Shown here piece after piece: positions 43,460 to 50,614 of a DNA stretch of 64,000 nucleotides; within the stretch, counting starts at the first letter, position 1; each line of letters opens with the position of its first letter. The notes below the pieces were generated by a model that saw only the letters and a program-made list of their open reading frames with translations, was not told where the DNA came from and did not search any database. This DNA comes from an uncultured Gemella sp. (lineage in GTDB: Bacteria; Bacillota; Bacilli; Staphylococcales; Gemellaceae), in assembly GCF_963515875.1 (NCBI RefSeq), contig NZ_CAUPZX010000004.1, forward strand, positions 8,461 to 72,460, read 5' to 3'. A program made the translations under genes and the position numbers.

Positions 43460-43813
43460 CTATTTATTAATACAGAAATTACTCCAAAAGTTAAGTATTT
43501 GCTTGATTTTGGAGTTTTATTTAATTAGTATGTGTACTAGTATAATGAAGTATAAATTATTATAAATTAAAAAAGTAAAAATTTTAAAAAAACTTAATAT
43601 TTAAAACATGTAATTTAACTATAATAATTGTAAAACTAACTATGTATACGTTAACAAAGAAGCTTGTAATATCAAAGTTTTTGGAGATTAATGTGTTAAA
43701 TCAAAATAAATAATTTATTAAATTGAAAATTATTGTAGAAAATAGTTTATTTTTTCTAAAAAGTGTAGTATTATAATATATATATTAGTAGTTATTTAAG
43801 GAGGACAAATAAC

Positions 43814-44680
43814 ATGGTATTAGTACCAGCAAAAGATATGCTTGTAAAAGCAAGAAAAGAAGGATATGCAGTAGGGCATTTCAACATTAACAACTTAGAA
43901 TGGACAAAAGCTATTTTAGCAGCTTGTGAAGAAGCTAAAAGTCCAGTGATCCTAGGAGTAAGTGAAGGAGCAGTTAAATACATGACTGGATTCAGAACTG
44001 TAGCAGCTATGGTTGAAGCTATGGTAGAAGAAATGAAAATCACAGTTCCTGTTGCATTACACTTAGACCACGGTTCATACGAAGGAACTCAAAAAGCAAT
44101 CGAAGCTGGATTTAGTTCAGTAATGTTCGACGGATCTCACTATCCATTCGAAGAAAACATTGCTAAATCTAAAGAAATGATCGCTTTAGCTCACTCTAAA
44201 GGTCTTTCAATCGAGTGTGAAGTTGGTTCAATCGGTGGAGAAGAAGATGGAGTTATCGGTAGCGGTGAATTAGCTGATCCAAACGAATGTAAAACAATGG
44301 CTGACTTAGGAATTGACTTCCTAGCTGCAGGTATTGGTAACATCCACGGTAAATACCCAGAAAACTGGGCTGGATTAAGCTTTGAAACATTAGAAAAAAT
44401 TTCTAACATTACTGGAGGAATTCCTTTAGTATTACACGGTGGTTCAGGTATCCCAACTGAGCAAATCCAAAAAGCTATCTCTCTAGGAGTATCTAAAGTT
44501 AACGTTAACACTGAATGTCAATTAGCGTTTGCTGAAGCTACACGTAAATATATTGAAGAAGGTGGAGATCAAAAACCTAAAGGTTTCGACCCTCGTAAAT
44601 TATTAAACCCTGGATTTGAAGCTATTAAAGCTATGGTTCACGAAAAAATCGACATCTTCGGTTCAAGAAACAAAGCATAA
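43814..44680 (+). CDS. fba: Class II fructose-bisphosphate aldolase
   Basis: FNINNLEW, LHLDHG, SVMFDGS, GNIHG, LVLHGGSG. Confidence 0.96.
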   Translation: MVLVPAKDMLVKARKEGYAVGHFNINNLEWTKAILAACEEAKSPVILGVSEGAVKYMTGFRTVAAMVEAMVEEMKITVPVALHLDHGSYEGTQKAIEAGFSSVMFDGSHYPFEENIAKSKEMIALAHSKGLSIECEVGSIGGEEDGVIGSGELADPNECKTMADLGIDFLAAGIGNIHGKYPENWAGLSFETLEKISNITGGIPLVLHGGSGIPTEQIQKAISLGVSKVNVNTECQLAFAEATRKYIEEGGDQKPKGFDPRKLLNPGFEAIKAMVHEKIDIFGSRNKA

Positions 44681-44755
44681 TAACTACGCAATAGATTAAG
44701 AAAGGCTCGTGCTTTGCATGAGTCTTTTATTTTTATAAAGTTTGGAGGAAATTCT

Positions 44756-45793
44756 ATGAAAGAAACGATAAATTATTTGAAAAAATTGACTAGTATTGTA
44801 TCGCCAACAGGTTATACTAAAGAAATTGCTGATTATTTAGTTAAAGAATTAAGTGAATTAGGTTATTCACCTGTTCGTACTAATAAAGGTGGAGTGAATG
44901 TAGTAGTTGAAGGAGAGGATAATACAAAACATCGTGTAGTTACGGCTCATGTAGATACATTAGGAGCTATGGTAAGAGCAATTAAACCAGATGGACGCTT
45001 AAAAATGGCAAAAATTGGTGGATATCCTTGGAATATGATAGAAGGAGAAAACTGCTTAGTTCACGTAGCAAGTACTGGTAAAACAGTTAGTGGAACAATC
45101 TTAGTTCATCAAACTAGTACACACGTGTATAAGGATGCCGGAACTGTTGAACGTTCAGAGGATAATATGGAAGTTAGATTAGATGAAAAAGTGAGAAATG
45201 CTCAACAGACACGTGACTTAGGAATAGATGTAGGTGATTACATTAGTTTTGATCCTCGTACTGTAATTACTGATACAGGATTTATAAAAAGTCGTTTCTT
45301 AGATGACAAAGTCAGTGCAGCCATTCTTCTAGATTTATTAAGAAAATATAAAGATGAAAATATTAAACTACCATATACTACACATTTTATGTTCAGTGTG
45401 TTTGAAGAAGTAGGTCATGGAGCGAACTCAAATCTACCAAAAGAAGCTGTAGAATATCTTGCAGTAGATATGGGAGCTATGGGAGATGATCAACAGACAG
45501 ATGAATATACGGTATCAATCTGTGTGAAAGATGCGAGTGGTCCTTATAACTATGAATTCCGTAACCACTTAGTTGAGCTAGCTAAGGAAAACAGTATAGA
45601 TTATAAATTGGATATTTATCCATATTATGGTAGTGATGCGTCAGCTGCGATGCGTGCAGGAGCCGAGGTAAAACACGCACTGTTAGGAGCTGGTATAGAA
45701 TCAAGTCACTCATATGAGAGAACACATATAGACTCAGTATGTGAAACATATAAGTTAGTTGATGTGTATTTAAGAAGTGAATTAATTAAGTAG
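44756..45793 (+). CDS. M42-family metallo-aminopeptidase
   Basis: SPTG, AHVDTLG, SRFLDDK, FEEVG, SHSYER; ATG 44756 after SD GGAGG. Confidence 0.9.
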   Translation: MKETINYLKKLTSIVSPTGYTKEIADYLVKELSELGYSPVRTNKGGVNVVVEGEDNTKHRVVTAHVDTLGAMVRAIKPDGRLKMAKIGGYPWNMIEGENCLVHVASTGKTVSGTILVHQTSTHVYKDAGTVERSEDNMEVRLDEKVRNAQQTRDLGIDVGDYISFDPRTVITDTGFIKSRFLDDKVSAAILLDLLRKYKDENIKLPYTTHFMFSVFEEVGHGANSNLPKEAVEYLAVDMGAMGDDQQTDEYTVSICVKDASGPYNYEFRNHLVELAKENSIDYKLDIYPYYGSDASAAMRAGAEVKHALLGAGIESSHSYERTHIDSVCETYKLVDVYLRSELIK

Positions 45794-46046
45794 ATATTAA
45801 TAATATAACCCCGAATTGTTAGATTGAAAATTCTAGCTTTTTGGGGTTTAATTATTGGAAGTAACATGAAAATCATGTTTTAGTGAAAGTGATTTATAAT
45901 GTCTTTCACAAAGTTAATAATAAAATATGAAAAACTTACTACTAATAATAATATAAACAAGATTATATAAATAGCAGAATATTTTATACCGGTATATTTA
46001 AAGTTAGGTATGTAGTTGATTAACATTCGCATTAATTCTTTATATA

Positions 46047-46055
46047 TGCTATACT
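46047..46055 (+). promoter_or_regulatory. Extended -10 promoter for Rpn copy 2
   Basis: TGCTATACT (TGnTATACT) 30 bp before the start. Confidence 0.5.
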
Positions 46056-46084
46056 TTAAGTAATAAGGCAAGGGAGTGAATAAA

Positions 46085-47092
46085 ATGGAAGAACGACATA
46101 AAAATATAAAACCAATTTATGATTTGGTTGTTAAAAAAGTATTTTGTAACGAGGCAGTAGCATTGCAATTTGTACAAGATATTTTCGATCTATCGGCAAA
46201 AAGCGCAAAACTAATTGGTGGCGATAAAATATTTCGAGCTAATAGTAATGTAGAAGATGATTTTAATATAGCTGTTGATATACTTGTTGAACTAGATAAC
46301 CACGCACAAGTTATAATCGAAGTGCAATTAGCTAAGCAGGCATTCTTTATGAATCGCATCTGGGCTTACCTATGCAAACAGGTTAATGACAATATCGAAA
46401 GGTTAAAACAAAACGAAGAAGAAAGACACGCTATTTATAAAAAACTACCACCAGTTTATGTAGCTGCAATAGTCGATAGAAACTACTTTGAAGGTGATGA
46501 TCCTATAAGTACTTTTTTAATCAAAGAAGAAACAAGAAACACCGAGCTGAAAATGTATGTAGACAATGACATAAAAGAGATGCCGTTATTAAAAATCGTA
46601 TTTTTAGAACTTAAAAAATACAAACCAGAATTAAAAGAAAGTTATAATAAAGTTCGCTGGTTAGAATTTTTCGGCAACAAGAAGTACACAAGTGAACCTG
46701 GTGAAGTAATTGATCAAGCCGATGATTTACTTAATGTTAGAAACTGGACTAAGGAGGAAAAAGATATGTATGATGAAAGAACAAGACAATTAGATCATCA
46801 ATGGGCGACGTACGCATATGCACGTGAAGAAGGAATAGAATATGGTATGCAACGAGGAATGGAGCAAGGAATTCAACAAGGAATGCAACGAGGAATGGAA
46901 CAAGGAATTCAACAAGGTATGCAACAAGGAATGGAGCAAGGAATGGAACAAGGAATTCAACAAGGAATGGAACGAGGGAAAATAGGTACAATAGTAAACC
47001 TAGTGAAAGAAGGAATAATAGCAAAAGAAGTAGGAGCAGAAAAGCTAAATATAACAGAGAAAGAGTTTGAATCCTATTTGCAGGAGATGTAA
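46085..47092 (+). CDS. Rpn-family PD-(D/E)XK nuclease / putative transposase, copy 2
   Basis: DLVVKKVF, VDILVELDNHAQVIIEVQ, FLELKK, 12 tetrapeptide repeats; likely start ATG 46085 after AAGGGAG (ORF open from 46076). Confidence 0.85.
   Translation: MEERHKNIKPIYDLVVKKVFCNEAVALQFVQDIFDLSAKSAKLIGGDKIFRANSNVEDDFNIAVDILVELDNHAQVIIEVQLAKQAFFMNRIWAYLCKQVNDNIERLKQNEEERHAIYKKLPPVYVAAIVDRNYFEGDDPISTFLIKEETRNTELKMYVDNDIKEMPLLKIVFLELKKYKPELKESYNKVRWLEFFGNKKYTSEPGEVIDQADDLLNVRNWTKEEKDMYDERTRQLDHQWATYAYAREEGIEYGMQRGMEQGIQQGMQRGMEQGIQQGMQQGMEQGMEQGIQQGMERGKIGTIVNLVKEGIIAKEVGAEKLNITEKEFESYLQEM
46766..47092 (+). CDS. Putative internally initiated small Rpn protein (108 aa, antitoxin-like)
   Basis: In-frame ATG 46766 with AAGGAGG at 46751-46757, 8 nt upstream. 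Confidence 0.65.
   Translation: MYDERTRQLDHQWATYAYAREEGIEYGMQRGMEQGIQQGMQRGMEQGIQQGMQQGMEQGMEQGIQQGMERGKIGTIVNLVKEGIIAKEVGAEKLNITEKEFESYLQEM
46832..46975 (+). repeat. 12 x 12-bp coding tandem repeat (G-[IM]-[EQ]-[QRY])
   Basis: Units such as GGAATGGAACAA, GGAATTCAACAA and GGAATGCAACGA counted directly. Confidence 0.95.
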
Positions 47093-47096
47093 ATAT

Positions 47097-47339
47097 ATGT
47101 ATGATGAAAGAACAGGACAATTAGATCATCAATGGGCGACGTACGCATATGCACGTGAAGAAGGAATAGAATATGGAATGCAACGAGGAATTCAACAAGG
47201 TATGCAACAAGGAATGGAACGAGGGAAAATAGGTACAATAGTAAACTTAGTGAAAGAAGGAATAATAGCAAAAGAAGTAGGAGCGAAAAAGCTAAACATA
47301 ACAGAGAAAGAGTTTGAATCCTATTTGCAGGAGATGTAA
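47097..47339 (+). CDS. Stand-alone duplicate of the Rpn C-terminal small protein (80 aa, 5 repeats)
   Basis: Near-identical to 46766-47092 minus 84 bp; starts at the same Met (MYDERT); AGGAG at 47082-47086. Confidence 0.7.
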   Translation: MYDERTGQLDHQWATYAYAREEGIEYGMQRGIQQGMQQGMERGKIGTIVNLVKEGIIAKEVGAKKLNITEKEFESYLQEM

Positions 47340-47343
47340 ATAT

Positions 47344-47406
47344 ATGTATGATGAAAGAACAGGACAATTAGATCATCAATGGGCGACGTACGCATATGCA
47401 CGTTAA
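47344..47406 (+). pseudogene. Third, truncated copy of the Rpn C-terminal unit (20 codons)
   Basis: MYDERTGQLDHQWATYAYAR then TAA where the other copies have GAA. Confidence 0.8.
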
Positions 47407-47451
47407 GAGTAAGTAAGATCGCGATTGATTTAGTGTTAGCCTAAGCTAGTT

Positions 47452-47594
47452 CAGAAGTCGAGGTAAAACACGCTCTATTAGGTGCTGGTATAGAATCGAG
47501 TCACTCATATGAAAGAACACAAATAGACTCAGTACGTGAAACACCTAAGTTAGTTGATGTGTATTTACTAAGTAAGTTAATAAAACAAATATAA
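47452..47594 (+). pseudogene. Duplicated 3' end of the M42 peptidase gene
   Basis: Ungapped match to 45657-45793 at offset 1795; translates EVKHALLGAGIESSHSYERTQIDSVRETPKLVDVYLLSKLIKQI*. Confidence 0.9.
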
Positions 47595-47777
47595 ACAATA
47601 ATGAGTACTTTAATATAATGTTTAGTTTAGTTAGATGATAGTACATATTAATTACCTAAGCTATAGCATAGGGATTAGTTAATTGATAAGTATTATATAA
47701 AAAAACTAAAACAGTTAGTAAATAGCACTTTTGTATTATATTTTAGCAAAAAATAATAAAAAACTTAAGAAAAAGCC

Positions 47778-47806
47778 TTGACTTTTAAAGTGAAAATCAA
47801 TATAAT
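47778..47806 (+). promoter_or_regulatory. Sigma-A promoter of the small secreted protein gene
   Basis: TTGACT-17 bp-TATAAT. Confidence 0.8.
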
Positions 47807-47872
47807 AACTATATACGATAATCTGTCGTATAAAAATCAAAAAAATTATTATTTAAAAGGAGACTTAATACT

Positions 47873-48190
47873 ATGAAAAAACAAGTATTATTATCAGTAT
47901 TTGCTGCTTCTCTTTTTGCAGCACCAGTAGCATTAGCTAATGGAGAATTAGGTGCAAACCGTACTACAGAAACAGCAGGTTTCTACGCTGACACTACTAA
48001 AGAAGCTACAGTTGGAGAAATCAAAGCAGAAAACGATAAAGATTTAGGACGCGTTGCTGAAGAGTTAACTCGTGGAGCTAACAAACTTAAAAACGGTGAA
48101 AACCTTAAAGTTGACAAAGGTGAAGCTGTTAAAGCACCTGCTGCAAAAGCTGGACAAAAAACTTTACCAAAAACTCACGCAGTTAAATAA
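47873..48190 (+). CDS. Small secreted protein ending in LPKTHAVK (LPKTxAVK-type surface protein)
   Basis: Sec signal MKKQVLLSVFAASLFAAPVALA; C-terminus KTLPKTHAVK; SD AAGGAG; terminator at about 48210-48245. Confidence 0.85.
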   Translation: MKKQVLLSVFAASLFAAPVALANGELGANRTTETAGFYADTTKEATVGEIKAENDKDLGRVAEELTRGANKLKNGENLKVDKGEAVKAPAAKAGQKTLPKTHAVK

Positions 48191-48274
48191 TACTGATACA
48201 AGTATATAGAAAAGGATGTTTGTAAATTCAAACTCCTTTTTTTATTTCGCAAAATTTTGGTTGTAGGTTGTATT

Positions 48275-48328
48275 GGGAGTGACTCAAAAATTATATTTTA
48301 AAGAAATTGATTTTGTCGAGTCACTCCC
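48275..48328. repeat. Dispersed palindromic repeat, copy D (core only)
   Basis: GGGAGTGACTCAAAAA...TTTTGTCGAGTCACTCCC between convergent genes. Confidence 0.85.
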
Positions 48329-48377
48329 TTTCAACCATAAATTTAATATATAGCAAAAAACCAGATAAGCATATGCT

Positions 48378-49532
48378 CTATCTGGTTTCTTTTATTTTTG
48401 TTGCTACTATTGTTCCAAGTGCAGCTATTATAGCTGAAGCATAGAATACATATGATGTACTAATATCCCAAATTGCACCCATTAAATATAGCCCTACAGC
48501 CATGCTTAGTTGGAAGCAAATTGCAGTATATAAATTTTGCATATCGATAATTTCTTTATTATCATAATCTTTATTAAGTATTAAGATAAATGCGATGTGC
48601 GCTACTGCGAATGTTATCGCATGAAATGTTTGCATAACGGTAAAAATATAGATATTTTGAAACATTGCTAATGCCGCCCAACGTACAACAGCTCCAACTC
48701 CTGCGAAGATTAGTAAACTTTTTGGTTTAATTCTTTTAACTAATCTTCTTGAGAATATAAAGAAAATTATTTCTGCTATTACCGATACATTAAGAATTAC
48801 TCCAGATAACCATTTTGCTGATATATTCATACTTTCTAGATATAGGGCATTGTAATTATTATATGCCGTATGAGAAAGTTGATACAAGAATATAGTTATA
48901 ATAAGTAATATTGCGTTTTTATCTTTCAATACCCAAGCGTATAAGTTTTCATTGCTATGCGATGAACTATCATCTAAGTTAATATTTTTTACAAGTTTTG
49001 GTTGTGGAAGGAACATAAATATAAAGAAGATTCCAATTAATATTATTAGAATATAATATAATGCACCGTTTCCTACATAACTAAGGATACCCCCGATAAA
49101 AATACCGATAACGGTATATCCGAGAGATCCATAAGTTCTAGCCTTACCATAGTCAATGTTTTCTTCTCGCAAAAATAGTGATGCTAAACCTTCGACAAGA
49201 GGATTGACCATGAAATAAATCATACCGAATAAAAATGTAATTAATCCAAGTAATAACTTTTCATTTGTAAATTCATAACTTATCGCAAGAATAAGACCGA
49301 CACCGACTGACAATTTTAAAGCAATATCAAAATTATATTTCTTTATCAAGTACGGAGTTAAGAATAATCCGCTTATAACCCTAGCTATAAAAAGCATTGA
49401 AAATACCGAGCTAGCTTCTAACACACTTAAGTTTTTTACTGATGTTAAGTACACCATCCAGAATGGTAAGAAAGTACCAGTAACTAAATACTGTATAAAA
49501 TAGTTAGTTGATAACCAAGTTTTTGATGACAT
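48378..49532 (-). CDS. MFS transporter (HcaT/MFS_1-like)
   Basis: About 12 TM helices; LPFW, YGKARTYGSLGY, VIAEIIFF, QTFHAITF. Confidence 0.85.
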   Translation of the reverse strand: MSSKTWLSTNYFIQYLVTGTFLPFWMVYLTSVKNLSVLEASSVFSMLFIARVISGLFLTPYLIKKYNFDIALKLSVGVGLILAISYEFTNEKLLLGLITFLFGMIYFMVNPLVEGLASLFLREENIDYGKARTYGSLGYTVIGIFIGGILSYVGNGALYYILIILIGIFFIFMFLPQPKLVKNINLDDSSSHSNENLYAWVLKDKNAILLIITIFLYQLSHTAYNNYNALYLESMNISAKWLSGVILNVSVIAEIIFFIFSRRLVKRIKPKSLLIFAGVGAVVRWAALAMFQNIYIFTVMQTFHAITFAVAHIAFILILNKDYDNKEIIDMQNLYTAICFQLSMAVGLYLMGAIWDISTSYVFYASAIIAALGTIVATKIKETR

Positions 49533-49541
49533 ATTTACCTC

Positions 49542-50234
49542 CTAATGAACAAATAGTTGAACTAAAACTACTAAACTATTCATTAGAATATGTGAAACTA
49601 TAGGTGTAAGAATGCTTTTAGTATGAACATATAAGTAACTAAACACAAATGACATCCCGATATATACTCCCATTATTGGCGATATTCCGTCATGTGGTAA
49701 TGCAAAGACGAAACCTGTTATTAGGGCAGATACTGTAAATCTAATCCAGCTTTTACTACCAATCATTGCATCGTAAAAATATCCAAACACTGCTTTTCTA
49801 AAGAATAGTTCTTCCATTATAGGTCCAAGAACAGCCACATATAGTATAAAATAAGGTTTCATTTTAATGATTTCTACAACATTACTAGTATTTTTACTCT
49901 TAGTATCAAAATGGAAGAAATTTGAAAAATAAACTAATATTCCATTTATAAAACCTTGAATCAGCATCATCGAAACAAACCCAATAATTCCTATAGCAAC
50001 CAAAGTTAATAAATTATAGTTACTTTTATCTCTGTCAATATCATTAGTGCCTTTTCTTCCTACATAAATAAGAATAGCTGTTGCAGTAAATGATAGTATA
50101 AGAACGGTTGTAACTCTTGAATCTATACTAATATTTCGAGGGAGTTGTAGTGGAATTATAAAAACAGCAAGTATATAAATAATTCCACTAAGAAGTAGGT
50201 GGCTAACGTTGCCACGAGTAAATGAAATTCTCAT
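49542..50234 (-). CDS. CPBP (CAAX/Abi) family intramembrane protease
   Basis: PIMEELFFR, FALPH, SHILMN motifs. Confidence 0.9.
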   Translation of the reverse strand: MRISFTRGNVSHLLLSGIIYILAVFIIPLQLPRNISIDSRVTTVLILSFTATAILIYVGRKGTNDIDRDKSNYNLLTLVAIGIIGFVSMMLIQGFINGILVYFSNFFHFDTKSKNTSNVVEIIKMKPYFILYVAVLGPIMEELFFRKAVFGYFYDAMIGSKSWIRFTVSALITGFVFALPHDGISPIMGVYIGMSFVFSYLYVHTKSILTPIVSHILMNSLVVLVQLFVH

Positions 50235-50435
50235 AAACCCTCCTTTATTTATTTAATTAACTTTTATTATAACATCTATAATATATACATACAACTGTTA
50301 TTTTGTAATATAACTTATAAATATTAATTAAATTTAGTATGATAAATCATTGATCTAATATGATTTCAAGAAGTTTTCAGAAAATTTTTGTTATTTTCTC
50401 TTGAAAGTTTATTAATTTAATGTTAGAATAAGATA

Positions 50436-50587
50436 CAAGTAAGCGAGCTGATGATGGTGAAAGTTCAGCAACAATATTGGCATTTTTCACAATTTAATAT
50501 TGTTAAAGTTGAGTTTTTACTAATCAGGGTGGAACCGCGGAAATTATTTCGTCCCTAGATGTGCTACGGCATGTCTAGGGCTTTTTA
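50436..50587 (+). promoter_or_regulatory. Glycine T-box leader with terminator
   Basis: GCGAGCTGATGATGGTGAAAGTTCAGC distal stem I, T-box AGGGTGGAACCGCG at 50526-50539, terminator CCCTAGATGTGC/GCATGTCTAGGG-TTTTT. Confidence 0.85.
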
Positions 50588-50614
50588 TATTTTAATAATT
50601 AGGAGGAAAAAATA

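Noticed and set aside
43643..43656. cre-like site TGTATACGTTAACA upstream of fba (a weaker one lies before ald near 32484)
   Set aside because: Plausible, but ordinary and not distinguishable from chance without data
45880..46071. 63-aa hydrophobic ORF divergent from Rpn copy 2
   Set aside because: No convincing SD, overlaps the Rpn promoter region, and the composition is explained by AT richness; cannot be fully excluded
47067..47096. ORF-track N-terminal extension MNPICRRCKY
   Set aside because: Out-of-frame overlap with the Rpn tail; homology and SD place the start at ATG 47097
46749..47367. Antisense Leu/Phe-rich ORFs over the Rpn repeats (possible type I toxins)
   Set aside because: Their hydrophobicity is simply the reverse complement of GAA/CAA-rich codons; no SD seen
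46766..47406. Tandem repeats as a possible CRISPR array
   Set aside because: Units are coding, 12 bp or 247-331 bp long, with no unique spacers and no cas genes in the window
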